Assembly (NCBI RefSeq): GCF_009914755.1
Contig: NC_060931.1
Origin: the human T2T-CHM13v2.0 reference genome, Homo sapiens
Reading direction: 5' to 3' (one strand)
DNA: 64,000 nt
A program made the translations under genes and the position numbers. Below are positions 45,982 to 60,265 of the stretch, piece by piece. Under the pieces are notes generated by a model, which worked only from the letters and a program-made list of their open reading frames with translations, did no database searches and had not been told where the DNA came from. The number at the start of each line of letters is the position of its first letter. Position 1 is the stretch's first letter.

Positions 45982-47374
45982 GCTTAGAAGTTTGTGGACT
46001 TTTTACAACTTGAAAATGCAAGGTTTCAGATGAAAACACTTAGGTCCAAATTACATCCTTGAAGTTCAAGATAAAGGTGATTACAATCAATTCATGGAAA
46101 AATCTAATGGTGCACCGCCTTTGACAAAAATCACTCCATGCTTCAGGCCTTGTTAGTGCTAATGAATACTCCTGGCCGAAAAAAAAGGCCTGCATTGATG
46201 GTGCTCATATTTAAGACTGATTTCTCAAAAACGGTTTTGCCCCTCTAAAGGGATTTTCAGAAATGTGCCACACACTGTTCTTTGAAATGGGTAATTGGTC
46301 ATTAGCCGATGATCTCACTCACTGTTATTTCATAGGCCATGAAGGTTTTCAGCATTAGAAAAGTTCGAATTGTCAGGAGCATGCACAAACAGTGGAGGCT
46401 GGGTCTGGCACAAAGATACTCATTTGGAAATCTTCTCTGACCCTACACTATATTATCCTGAGCTGACCCTACACTATACTGAGCTGTTGTTGCAGGAAAA
46501 AATCCTTCCCTACAATTGGATTCCTTTAGTTGTCTATATGTCTTGCATACTTTATTGTTACAGTCATAACCCTGATAACCACACATTGCTCGGGGAATAA
46601 AATGAGGTCATTCAGAAGCTAACCTAACAGCTAACACAGATGTTAAATGACCATAACATGTTACATATATTTTCAAAGTGTCTCTAAAATTAGGAATATA
46701 ACCTGTATATTTTTCTATTAGCTAACCAAGTTTTCTGATAAGTGAATAAACAAGAAGAAAAGTGGGAAAATAAGAAGCTCTTTTATACTTGTATCTATTT
46801 ATAAACATTCTGATTAGCAAACATGGAAATAATGAGTTACCATTATATTTCCGTTCACTGTTTTGAAATGATTTCTTCTTAATATTCTATTCAATAATTT
46901 TATGATATTTTCATATATTTCCCTCAAGTCTTTATTAAGAGCAGTTAAAAGACCAGTGCAAACAGGAGCAGAGCCTGCCTGTGAATGGCTCTGAGATCAC
47001 ACAGCCTTTGTTGCAGGACTAGAGGATGGCAGTAGAGAGACGCTTGCCAAGGTCAGGGGAAGAATTCATCAAAAACCCTCAGGAAAGCCTGTAGAAAGCA
47101 GGTAGTTAACATCAGGGGAGCAGAAGAGGAGAAATGCAATTTTAAAAAGTTTTTCTCTGTTTCTTAGTACTTAATACTGGAAAGGGAAATGCCAAGAGGT
47201 ATGAGAGAGAGCACCACAGTCATCTGCTCCCGGCAGAAGAAGTGTTTTAAGGAAATAGAAACCCACCAAGAAGCCATCTCTGGACTTCATTCTCTCCAGG
47301 GGAAAGCATACCATCTAATGTGGGTACGGCTCTGAAAAGCTTATTCCTCATCATTTGGATTGCTTTATGAGCCC

Positions 47375-47670
<296 letters not shown>

Positions 47671-49575
47671 CATGTTGTCTTTTAAGTTACTCAGGGAATA
47701 AAATTCTATAGGAACTGGAGGTACTATGGCTGCTCTTTAACCAGTTATTTTGGGGAGATAAATCTAAAAAGATTTAAAATCAAAACAAAACGAAACCACA
47801 GTTGACTATCAGCCAGAAGCTGTTCATTAAAGGTATTAATTAGGGCTATTAATTAGATCTTGTGTCAAAGAGCAGATATTAAAATGCAGGTCTGAGTGGG
47901 AGATGGAGCATTTCTCTTTGTTTCAAAGGCATTACAGAAAAGTCCCTAGAGCCCGTGTATAATTGCTACATTAATTCAGCTTATCAAAGGCCACTGGAAA
48001 CATGGCACTTGCTTTACTAACAATTCAAAGGATTCTGGCACTTTACTTGGTATTAATTGGCTTGAACTGACCCAGTGCATCTGGCTATCACAATCTATTG
48101 TGCTATTCTTCCAATGGATCAATCTCACCAAATGGACTATTGTGTAAACTACGTGCTGTATTTGGGGAGTCTGTGTTTCTAAATTGATCCAATATTGAGT
48201 ACAGTTGCTTATCAAAATACCAACAAATCTCACTGTTCTAAAGCTGAGCACCCTCTTTGGTAAGAAGCAAAGTCACTAAAGGGAAAAAAAAAACAAAACG
48301 CAAAACTTCAGACCATCATCATTTCATGTGGTAAGAAAGAATGGCATTAAATTTAAGCCTAGATTGAGAGCCAAAATTTTAAGGCATATGTTTATTTACA
48401 AAATCGAGCACTCTGTTGGCATAAACAATAATATGAGTGCAACAATGGTCCCCTTATGGCCTTAAAAATTATATTCTGTGTTATTAACGAAAACAAAAGA
48501 GATTGAGAAAGGGAAAGATTGAAAACAGGATAGGAAAATGGGAGTACACTAAACGTGCCGAGGGGATTTTACACAAACGAGGAATATCAGGAGGGCCTTT
48601 CTAGATGATGAACTTTACAATAGAAAATGTTTGCTTTATGAGCATGAATGTTATGCTGAGAGCAGATGTTACTGTTTATCTATGTTCTACTATCACAAGG
48701 TTTTAGGATCCTCTGTTGCAAAACAGTGTTCTCTCTAAGTAGGTTTTAATTGTTACCAGTAATGAGTGTTGTAACCTCACCTCTTCACAAAATGCGTAAT
48801 CAAACAGTCTGCCAGACAAAGACATTCAGCATGCATTCAGGATGCAAGGATGGGATGCGTTTCTCATTTCAAGTCAAGTGGAGGAAGGAGCATCAGGTGA
48901 GGATATAAGACAGGAGAGGACAAGGTGTATATGGTGGGAGTAAGTCTGCCATTTCTTGGAAGCCTAATCCAGGGCCGTGATGCAATCTCATTTCATTTTC
49001 ACCCCAGCCTGTTGAGGTAAGCACTAATGGTTCCAATGTATAGAAAGGGAAGCAGAAGTGGAAAGAAGGTAAGAACGTGCTCAGTGTCACACAGCTGAGG
49101 CCAGTTCCATCTGCTGCCAGAAACAAAAAGCAGACAGATGCAGCCACTTTTCACAAACTCGGAGTGTTCTTTCTAGGCAATGAGTCCTATTATCTAATTA
49201 CTGATGGAGTGAATTGCTTTGAGTTGTCTATTCTGAAACAAAGTTGTCCTTTTTGGTAGGTATTCTTCAAATTAAAACAGACATGTCATCAAGAGCAGGC
49301 CAGCAACTGTCGCTAGCTGACTGGTGATGCTTGATGTCATCAGCGAGGCACCTGCTTACCATTTGGTGTTCTACATGTGTTTCACTGAGAGTTTGGGGGC
49401 CTAAGATGGGATTGGGCATACTTGCTTTAAAAGAAGAATCTAAGCCTAAACTTTAAGGTCTTTGTCTTGGGCAAATACATTGACACTGCCACCCTCTAAG
49501 GTTTTCATTTGTTACAACAGACCCAGAATGCACCACTATGTGCCCATCTGTGGGAATGTGTATGGATGAGACACA

Positions 49576-49872
49576 TTTTTTTTTTTTTTGGAGACACAGT
49601 CTTGCTCTGTCACCCAGGCTTGAGTGCAGTGGCACGACCTTGGCTCACTGCAACCTCTGCCTCCCAGGTTCAAGCAATTATCCTGCCTCAGCCTCCTGAG
49701 TAGCTGGGATTCAGGTGCCCACCACCATGCCCAGCTAATTTTTGTATTTTTTTTAGCAGAGACATGGTTTCACCATGTTGGTCAGGCTGGTCTCGAACTC
49801 CTGACCTCGTGATCTGCCCACCTCGGCCTCCCAAAGTGCTGGGATTACAGGCATGAACCACCACGCCCGGCC
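49576..49872 (-). mobile_element. AluS (Sg/Sc-like)
   Basis: Alu dimer; TSD tgagacacatttt / tgaggcacatttt. Confidence 0.94.
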
Positions 49873-52800
49873 TGAGGCACATTTTTTATTATGTCATGTG
49901 TGTGCCTACATGGCAGGTTGGAGTGTCACAGAAAGCGTGCCGGTGGGGGTGGCACCTAAAGTTGGCAGGCAAATGAGTGAAGAAGTTGAATAGAAAAGGA
50001 GTAAGTTGAAAACAGGCCTCACAATCACAGGAAATAGACAAGTCAGTGGGAAAATTTTTGTTAGCCTATATAAATTATGTAGCTATTTGCATATCTGAAT
50101 TTTCTCCTGAGAAGTCCAGAGCTTATGTTAGACTCCCAAAGTGCTCCAAGATACTGCAAGAGAAAAAAGAAAGAAGAAAAGACAAATTGGCTACTGCACT
50201 GGGTAGAGGAAATATTAGAGCAGGCAGGGAGGAAATGCAAGGAGGGAGAGCAAGGAGCAAAGGGCCCCAGAAGGAAAGGCTCTAAGAGAAGGGACATTGG
50301 TAGCCTTGAGGAGTGGGACCCAGGACTGGGGGGCTGTGGGTTGACCAACTTGAGAGGCATGTCCGAGTCCTCAGGGATGATTTTAGTACACGAGATGAGG
50401 GACTGTGGCTGCTATTATTCTAATGACTATACATGTGTTAACACATTTAAGGTTCCAAAGACCTTCTGACATGGGTTTGCTTAGCATCCCATCTTGGAGA
50501 GACTGAGCAAAGAAAGGCTGGGTCCCTTACAGGCTCTGACAGCAGCAGGCAGGAGAGCAGGGGTGTGAGCCAGCCTCCAGCCTCAGCCACAAGCCTGATG
50601 CTGCCTTACAGGTACTGGATTGACGTCACAGTTGCCGGTGACTTTTTTGGCCCTTCCTCCTCACAGAGATCTCTGGTTCTGTGAATTCCTGGCTATGCAA
50701 ACAGGGAGTCTGTCATCTGAATCCTTTCTCAAACCCACTTTCTTCTGATTCCTGCTCCCCTGGCAGCCTACATTTCAGCTGCACTTGGTCTAATTGATTA
50801 TTGCTTTTTCTGTCTTCTCTTTCTTGCTGGCAGCCCCTCGTGGCCCTGAGGGGGTAGTATTTACAGCTACCGTTTGCCAGGGGGATGCTCTTTTCCTTCT
50901 CTTTGCCAACTAATGATTCCATTCCATTCTCATGGGCAACCTCAGCAGGCTGCACCTAGATGCTTCTTAAGCAGTTTCTGGGTTGCAAAGGCTATATCAT
51001 TGGGCTGAGGGGCTGGGCCTCTCCTTCTTGGTGACAGAGACGTGAGCTTGTACAACACAAATGACCCTGACACCTGTGCCCACAAAGTTCCATTCCTCTT
51101 GCTCTCAGCTCTAGGTATTTATACAGCCAATCTAAAGTCATTGGAATTAGAAGAGACACTAGCGATCTGTTATTTGCAGTTGAGGGAAATGCTTTCTGGA
51201 GAGCACGTGTTTTGGCCCAGTGCATAGGTAATCTGTAGCACAGTTTTGATCAGAATTCAGACTTCCCAAACTCCCAGTTCAGAACATTTGAAACTGCATC
51301 AATCTCATCCTCATGGTCAAACTGCTGTGTCTAAAGAACTTCACTTTGGTGCTGCATGTGAGGATGAGCCCCTCAATATCACGAGGTATCTGTAAAGACT
51401 GAATCCAGGCCGGGGACAGCCCCAGGTAGTGCTGATGAGAGCTGACACCCAAAATGCAATCTGGGGAGTCAACAAGAGAAGAAAAGTCTCCATGAAACCA
51501 ACGAGCAGCACTGAGAGCCAAGGTCATAACCTGGGAAGACATTTTCTGCTATGAAAATATGGAGAGGCCAGGCAAAGAAGAAATGGAGAACAGTGAGAGT
51601 AGGAAGGTAGAGATAGAAATAAGGAAGACAGTCCAGTGGAATTAAAATATACAAATTCTAGGGTCTTCTGGAACATCACTTGAGGTGGACCCTGGCAGGA
51701 GTGCCTGGGCAGTGGAGCCAGTTGATGGGGACAAGTTGCATGGGTCACTTACATCCAAGACTCTGCACAGTCTTGGCTCAAATGGATTAAGAGTTTCGGT
51801 GCAATAATCAAGTGACTCGGGGACAGAGGAACTGCCTTTCTTCAGAGATGCAAGGGTTGCCAAAGTCATGGTGGGGCTGGCATGAATCACGCAGCAGTGA
51901 GATACAGAGGGCATCTGACTGGTCACCTACACAAGGAGCTGGGCCAGGAGCATTGATGGAGAATCAGACACAATGGCTTTAGAGCATAATGGGAAAAATA
52001 TCTAATTGCTCTGTGATAATTTGCAGCCTGCTGTAACCATGCAGATGCCTTAAGAAAAATGAAATCAAGCACATCAAGTACCAGTGTCATCTTCTGTGTG
52101 GCTTGTTCTCTCTGGGACATGATACACCACTTCAAGCAACACATCAACCTCATTTCCTCTATCCCTGCCCTTATTTTAGATTTTAGTTCAGGAACATAGG
52201 AACATGATTTGGTGGGCGTGACTCTCTCCACTTCCAGGATGTCCTAACAAAATGCAATTTGAAATCGCCACCTCTCACCACCTCTCCTCCCCCTAGTTGT
52301 GATTTCAGGGTCCTTTTCTTTTTCCATTTAATGGTGCAGTCACTAATACCTTGCAATCACAAATACTTGCCATGACCTCTCACGGATTATTTTTTCCTTT
52401 TTCATTTAATTGACTATGATGGAAAATCACAGATGCTAAAATCAAGTGTTGGCAAGGGCAAAGTGAAAAAGCTTTTATTTCAGCTCTTGAAGTATACTTT
52501 AATTGTGCTGTGTAATACTGTATAATCATCTCCTCAGTGACAGTTAGCTAACAAAGTTTTTTCGTGATCTTTAAATCTGTTTTTCAAGACCCATGAACCA
52601 CAGCTGCATAATCAGCATGGTAATTGTTGCAGGAAAAAAACACAGAATTACCAGACATCAGGGTTACCTGAACGTGGGTTTGCCCAAGGCCAGCAAATGA
52701 GCAGAGTCTCCAGATAGATTATTTTGCACAATTTTTTGGTAAAATCTTACCCTCACAATGCAACTCTTTTTAGTATCATAAACCCTTATGGCTTGCTCAT

Positions 52801-52988
52801 AGTTTTGAAAACTGTGTATGTAACAAAAAATTTTACATATGTTATTTGATTCTCACTGCAAGAGATTGAGGTGGATATAAACCTATTATCACTGACATTT
52901 TAGAGATGAGACAAGAGGTTCAGGAAGATTAAATGTCTGGCTGTTTTGAGGGACAAAACTAGAGGGTGCTAAGGATTGGAATAATATC

Positions 52989-53935
52989 TATCTTAGTCCA
53001 TTTGGGCTGCTGTAACAAAAGTACCATAGACTGGGTGGTTTAAAAAACACGTTTATTTCTCACTGTTATGGAGGCTTAGGAAGTCCAAGATCAAGGTGTT
53101 GGCAGATGTGGTGTCTGCTGAAGACCCACTTCCTGGTTCATGGATTCCATCTTCTTACTGCATCCTTGAAACTGTCCCTATAAATTTCATAAAATTTATC
53201 AGAGAAAAAGAGTGGATGAGAAACAAAAATAAACCAAGCTTGCAGCACACTCAGTATTCATCATTAGGTCAGCTTGCTCTCCAATGGGCTTCCTCATAGA
53301 TTTTCCCTGCTGTTGTCCCAGAATCACGTGGACCTTATCACAAGATTACAGTTATCCTTAACTTCTCTGTATATAACAACCTGAACGTTGTAAAGTTAAG
53401 ATTTCCATGTGAAGCATTCTTTTGGTCCTGTGTACCAGTGAAACTACTGATGTCAAGTTGTCTAAAGGACCCCATGAGACACTGACTCACCAAAGAATGC
53501 AGTTTCCAAATCCCAAATATTTCATCTCCCTCACCCTGACCAATAAATAACCCTAATGTTTCAGCCCTTTGCTCGCCACAATCTCATTAGAAACTTCAGT
53601 CCAGAACTCCTCAGGGAGATGGACTGGAGAGTCCCTCCCATTGCCTCACTTGGGATCATTAAACTCTTTCTCTGCTGCAAACCCTTCTGTCTTGGTGTAT
53701 TGGTCTGTTACTGGGCAGTGGGCATACTAACTTGGTGGTTCCGTAATATTCTCACGTGGCACAAGAGGTGAGGGTCTCTCTGGGGTCTCCTTTATTAGGG
53801 TATTAATCCCATTCAGGAGGGCTCTACTCTTATGACCTAATCACTTCCAAAAAGTCCTGCCTCCTAATGCCATCACATTGGAAGATAGGATTGCAACATG
53901 AATTTGGGGAAAAAACAAACACTCAGTTCATCACA
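52989..53935 (-). mobile_element. MaLR LTR (MSTD/MLT1A-like) split by an ERV1 LTR
   Basis: tatcttagtccatttgggctgctgtaacaaaagtaccatagactgggtgg; resumes at 53749 (ctcacgtggc...taatcccattcaggagggc...aaacactcagttcatcaca). Confidence 0.85.
53167..53748 (+). mobile_element. Solo ERV1 LTR (LTR26-like)
   Basis: tgaaactgtccctataaa...aaccaagcttgcagcacactcag...attaaactctttctctgctgcaa; flanks tcct / ttct suggest a 4-bp TSD. Confidence 0.7.
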
Positions 53936-55039
53936 ATACCCAGTTCACCAGATTTCTAATCTATAGAATTTTCCACCAAATTGGGAGAAAAAGAAAAAAA
54001 AGAACATTTCTTCACTCTTCATCTTCATTGAGAATTTTTTACTTTCCTCTTCCCTCCTTGTAATTTCAGGTGTTTTGGTAAGTGGAAAGACTATGAAAAA
54101 AGTCTCAGGTAGGTCCAAGCTGTGAAGTAGCTGGCACATGCTTCGTCTGCACAGTCAGGGAGCTCCATCCATTGTGGACACTTCCATAAGAAGTGGGCTG
54201 CAGAAAGTCAACATTCAGGGAGCAAGCCCCAAGGAAATCCTTTTCACTCACCTTGTGTTCTTGATGTAAGATCTACGTCCTTGTTCTCAAAGAGATGATT
54301 GGGGCTATTTTCATTTTAAGAATCCTGCAATGAAAGAATTAGTCTAGATAAGATTAAGAAAAATTGGCTAAGACTACATATGGCTTTTTTATTGACTAAC
54401 CAACTTTATTGTGACTTTTGGTACCTAGTAAATATTCTTAAAAATAACATGAGTGTTCAAAATTTCTCTCTCCTTATGTTTTTTGAAGACCTCACTGTAC
54501 TCAGTTTCAGCCAAAACTTACATTCCTAGCCCAAATTAATTTACACAAGTACAGAAACAACTTTTTGGCAAAACCCTCTGTTCTGTTTTCAGCTTTTATT
54601 GAATATCAATAAACATCATTTGAGGAATTGGAAACTTGTAGCTGAAAATATTGTCTGTAGGTTTCAAATCCTTTATATAGAGCTCAAGAGATATAATTTT
54701 CCTGAGTCTATTCATGGGAAAAATGGTCTCTTAATGTAAACAATTTTTTGGCTTCCGTCTAGCAGAGTAATAATACTTAGAAAGCAAGAGAAAGTAAGGG
54801 ACAAAGTCATCATGTGCTGCTGATTAAGCGCTGTGCTGGTGTCGAGCATGAGCTGAGCACTCGAGAATTTAGAGCTTCCCACCTGGACTTACTATTGATA
54901 TTTCCAACTCAATAGACCCAGAAAGCACATATTCTGCATCATGTTATTAATCACCCGCAGCATTCATCAGGGTCACTAGACACCCTAGAACTGAAAAACA
55001 TCAGAGGACTTCATCTACATGATTGTCTGCACCACAGAT

Positions 55040-55420
55040 AGAGAAGTGCAGAACCCAAACAGTGCAAAAGGAGGCATTCCAGGAAGGTTGTGAGGTGCCT
55101 AGGCTTGGAGGAGGATGGGAAGACCCAGTGTCTCTGCAGCCCAGGTGCCAGAGAAGTGGAGGACTCAGTGCTGTGACACAGCTACTCAACATTAGCTGAG
55201 ACCACAAAGGGAGAGGCGCGTATACAGCAGAAGCTGGAACCATGGAGGGGACTCCTCCAGGCACAAAGAAGAAGGGAAAGAAACACCCTCAATTTCTTTC
55301 TTCTGTCCTCTAATCTCCTACCAGAGGCTGCCATTGGCTGAACCTCCCCCGAAAGCATGAGGGAAAGGAAACTGACACAGAGCCCCAGAAGGAGAAGATG
55401 TGAGAGGGACTTGAAAGAAA
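55040..55420 (-). mobile_element. Old ERVL LTR relic (LTR33-like)
   Basis: ctaatctcctaccagaggctgccattggctgaacc and gctggaaccatggagg blocks. Confidence 0.5.
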
Positions 55421-56104
55421 TGGGTGCTACACACACAAGATCCCATTTAACCCTGGCTGCAGACCTGCAGTCTGAGTGAGTCACCACCATTTTACAGAAG
55501 AGGAAACACAGGATAAAGGAGATACAGGGCCAACAAGCAGAAGAGGGAGGACCTCACCCAAATCAGTGGGATTTTCTTACCCCTACACCGTATTGTCTCT
55601 CTGTTCTGTTAATGACCTCAGGAAGCTACGTGTGCCCCTGCTTTTTCTATTAAAGTGCCCGGGACTCCCCCCGAGACTTGCTCTGCTTGGTGGAACTATG
55701 CCTTGCATCCTGCCTCATCCTTGTTCAAGTCCCGTTTCTTAACAAAGAAACCAGCATCATTTCTCCTCTCATTTCAAACGTCTTCCTCAACTTCTTTTCT
55801 CTCAGACTCTTATCTTGTCTCTTTTCTCCATTTCATCCAAATTCTATCTCCTTCCCCTGATTTGCTTTCTTAATTATCCAGATACATGTAAATAAGTTTG
55901 CTAACGTTGTGTGTTTGGATTCTCATTCAAACTGTATTTTCTTGATGATTTTAACTATTTTTACAGCTACCATCAAAAACACATAGTCAATGAATATTAA
56001 ACTATATTACTGAAAATAACCTGTCTACTGATTTCTAGATTTGATTTTTGAGTGGTTTTATGTGAATACAGAGCAGGTATCTCAAATTCAGCATGGCTGA
56101 TACC

Positions 56105-56304
56105 ATGGTTTCTCAACTTGAGTGCTATTGACTTTGTGGGTCATATAATTATTTGTTGTTTATTGTAGAATGTAGATTCATAGTAGGTGCCAGTAAATTC
56201 TAGTGGCACTCCCCCATCATCCCCAGATGTGAAAATCAAAAATATCTCCAGACATTTCTTTATGTTCCCTGAAAGGCAAAACCACTTCTTGTGTAGAACC
56301 ATTG
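56105..56304. mobile_element. MER20 DNA transposon
   Basis: tggtttctcaac...ctattgac...tgtgaaaatcaaaaatatctccagacatt...agaaccattg. Confidence 0.8.
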
Positions 56305-56754
56305 CCTAATATTGAATTTGTCTTTGCTCTTCATAGCCATAATATTTCCTCCAATTTTTTGATAAATTAGTAAATTTGCTGCTTACAACATTGTTAATGG
56401 CAATACCAACTTCAGCATCCCTAAGATTTGAAAATATGCCATGATTTTATCACTTCCGTCTCCTCTATATTTCCAACAATCTGACAAATTATTTAGATAA
56501 TATCCTAATAGTTCTCTTGAATTTATTTTTGCACTTTTGAGCATAGATCCCATCCTCATGTGGACTGTTGCAATTGCATGCTCATCTGGACTTTCTACTT
56601 GTGATTTCTAACCATGTCCACTTATTTTTTACATTGCCATCAGAGCTTTCTCTCCAGAGCACACATCTGATGACCCGGCTGCAGTGTCATACTTCTGCAA
56701 TGGTTTCCTGGGTATCAATATCCATAGTAACTCCTCAGCTAGTATTCAGTGTCT

Positions 56755-57770
56755 TCATCCATCCATTTATTTAAAATATATTTTGTAATCGTCAGGCACT
56801 GTTCTAAATTTTTTTTTGATTTACTGATGAACAAAACTGAATGAAAATTCTTCCCCCATGGTCCTTACACTGAAGTAGGACAGAGAAATAATACAAATAC
56901 ACAAATAATTTATAGAAAATATTAAAGGGTAATATGTGCTATGACAAAATTAAGGCTAGGGAGTAGAATGGGGAATGCTGACATGAGCATGTGTTGTGAA
57001 TTTTAAATGTAAGAATCACAAAATTCATCATTGAGGAAAGGACATTTGAGCAAATGCCAAAAGGAGGTGAAAAAAGCAGATACTCGGGAAGGGAGGAGAG
57101 AAAACAGCACGTGCCAAGGGCCGAGGGTGGGACTACACCTGCAGGATTAGAGAAAGACCAAAGAGGCCAGCAGAGAATGACCAGGTCTAGTGATGGCAAG
57201 ACAGAGGGTTGACGGTGAGATGGATGGCTCTTGGGGCATTTTACACAACCTTGAGGGAAAACAGTGAAAGGGAAGGGAAAACAGTGCAATTATCTGGAAG
57301 TGATGTGAGATGGCTTGGAAGAGACACTTGGTAGCTAGACATGGAGTCACATCTTGTATATCTTTTGAATAATTATTTGTTGATGGGTTAGATGGGATAT
57401 GAGTGAAGTCAATGTGATCCCAAAATTCTTGGCTTGATCTTAGGGTGGAAATGTTGTTCACCAAAATAAGAAAAACTGAGGAGTAGAGTAGATTTTGGAG
57501 GAAGATTTTCAGAGTTTACTGGCATATTATCAGATTTGAGGCATGTGTTAGATATCTCATAGGAGATATTGCATACCATGAATCTGAAGTTGAAGGGAAT
57601 TGTTTGGGCTGGAATATATCACCATACATATATGTCATTGGTACACAGATGGTATATGAAGCCATGAGACTAAAGATAAGCAGTGTGATGAGTGTTGATA
57701 GAGAAATCTAGCAGAGAAGGATCAATGCTAGAGTTCTAGGATAGTTCAATGTTAAGAAGTTGAAGGGAAG
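56755..57770. mobile_element. L2a relic
   Basis: tcaggcactgttcta, ggaaaggacatttgagcaaa, aaagaggccag, cagatttgaggcatgtgttagatatc and gggctggaatata blocks. Confidence 0.75.
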
Positions 57771-58156
57771 AAAACCACAAGCTATTGAATGTTAGGTAAA
57801 ATACTTAACTATTCTGATATTGATGACTTTGTATAGGATATGTCTGTCTGCTTCATAGTATTGGCATGTAGTTAGGATTAATGTGGTTATGCCTGTAGTG
57901 TGTTCAGCATGGAGCCTGGAACAGAATAAGAACACAATATGGAGAGACAATGAGGATGATGACCATGATGGTGATGATGATAATGATAGAAATAAAGGAG
58001 GAGGATCGATAAAGCAATAATAATAATACTAATAATAAGTATAAAATCAACAGGAAAAGTGAGAAAGGGGTTTTATCTGTCTGATAGGCTTTTGTAAGTG
58101 CCAGTTACTTTTGCTAGATGTTTTGTGGACTCAACCTCATCTAAATTTTACAATAA

Positions 58157-58446
<290 letters not shown>

Positions 58447-58542
58447 TAGATCTTTCAGATCTAAAGACCATGCCCTTTCCAGTACATGTGTAAGCTCGTC
58501 TAAATCATAGCATTGTGGTTTAAGGTAGCTGCAGAATTACCT

Positions 58543-59440
58543 TAAAGAACTCAACAAGCAAAAAACAAATAACCCAATTAAAAACGGGCAAAAGACATGA
58601 ACAGACACTTCTCAAAAGAAGACATGCAAGTGGCCATCAAATAGATGAAAAAAGTGCTCTACATCACTAATCATAAGAGAAATGCCAATCAAAACCACAA
58701 TGAGATACCATCTCACACCGGTCAGAATTGCTATTATTAAAAGGTCAAAAAATGACAGATGGTACTGAGGCTGCAGAGAAAATGGAATGCTTATACACAG
58801 TTGGTGAGTACATAAATTAGTTCAGCCCTGTGGAAAGCAGGTGAAGTTTTCTCAAGAATGTAAAACAGAACTACCATTTGACCCAACAATTCCATTGCTA
58901 GGTGTATATCCAAAAGAAAACAAATCATTCTACCAAAAAGGCATACACATTTGCATGTTCCTCACAACCCTATTCACGATAGCAAAGACATGGAATGAAC
59001 CTATGTGCTCATCAATGGTGGATTGGATAAAGAAAATGTGCTACATATACACCATGGAATACTACACCATCATAAAAAAGAATGAAATGATGTCCTTTGC
59101 AGCAACATGGATGCAGCTGGAAACTATTATCCTAAACAAATTAATGCGGGAACAGAAAACGAAATATTGCATGTTCTCACTCGTAAGTGGGAGCTAAACA
59201 TTGGGTACTCATGGACATAAAGATGGCAAAAATAGACACTGAAGACTACTAGAGAGCAGAGGGAGAAAGGGGAGCAAGGGTTGAAAAACTAACTGTTGGG
59301 TACCATGCTCAGTACCTGGGTGACAGTCTCATTCACACCCCAGACATCAGTATCATGCAATATACTCAGGTCACAAACCTGCACATGTACCACTAAATCT
59401 AAACTAAAAGTTGAAAACAAACCAAACCAAACAAAAAAGA
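58543..59440 (+). mobile_element. L1 3' end (L1PB/L1PA15-16-like)
   Basis: ORF 58841-59197 is the ORF2p C-terminus (ELPFDPTIPLLGVYPKE...MFSLVSGS*), followed by 3'UTR and an A-rich tail. Confidence 0.92.
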
Positions 59441-59990
59441 ACAGTGGTTCTGTTTTATTTGGAACATTATTCAAAGTAATAAAGAAGGTTGCCTCTGTAG
59501 GGCCCAGAGACCTTAAGTCATAGTGGCATCTGCCTAATTTCGAGTCCGTATTTTACTTAGGTAATTGTCTATGATACCATGTAATGCTGGCAGAATTTTT
59601 TTTCTGGTGTAGCTTGCATGTGAAAAACATTTCCAATGAAAACAAAAGTAGCTTGAGGGGAAAAAGGCATAACTCTCTTTCCTTACTAACTTTTCTGACA
59701 TCAACTTTGTTAAAAAACCCTGATTTTAAAATTCTAATGTCACTGTATCATTAGTAGTAATACTAGAGAAGTTGACAGATTATTTGGGGAATTTGGAGTT
59801 ACTAATAACTAAGACATTATTTCAAGTGTGTTAATTATTTGGAAGGCAACAAAATGTTGTAGGTGGTAATAATGTCTTTTGCTGGCAATAAAGTTAAAAA
59901 ATAAAATTATTTTCTGTGGGACTAAAATTTCGGAAGGTTATGTACAGATTTTAATTTATCGTCTGTCTCTTTCTTTGCACAGCTATTCGT

Positions 59991-60265
59991 GTGCATTAGT
60001 CCTTTTTCACATTGCTATAAAGAAATGCCTGGGACTTGGTAATTTATAAAGGAAAGGGGTTTAATTGACTCACAGTTCCACATGACTGGGGAGGCCTCAG
60101 GAAACTTATAGCTATGGTGGAAGGCAAAGGAGAAGCAGGCACCTTCTTCACAAGGCAGCAGGAGAGAGAGAGTGAAGGGGGAAGGGCCCCTTATAAAACT
60201 ATCATATCTCATGAGAACTCACTCATTATCATGAGAACAACATGGAGGAAACCACCCCCATGATC
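59991..60265 (-). mobile_element. THE1 (THE1C/D-like) MaLR LTR, truncated
   Basis: tgcattagtcc...ttaattgactcacagttccacatgactggggaggcctcaggaaac...accacccccatgatc; stops abruptly. Confidence 0.88.

Noticed and set aside
50621-50628. Perfect CRE palindrome TGACGTCA
   Set aside because: A single 8-mer in 64 kb is not evidence of function.
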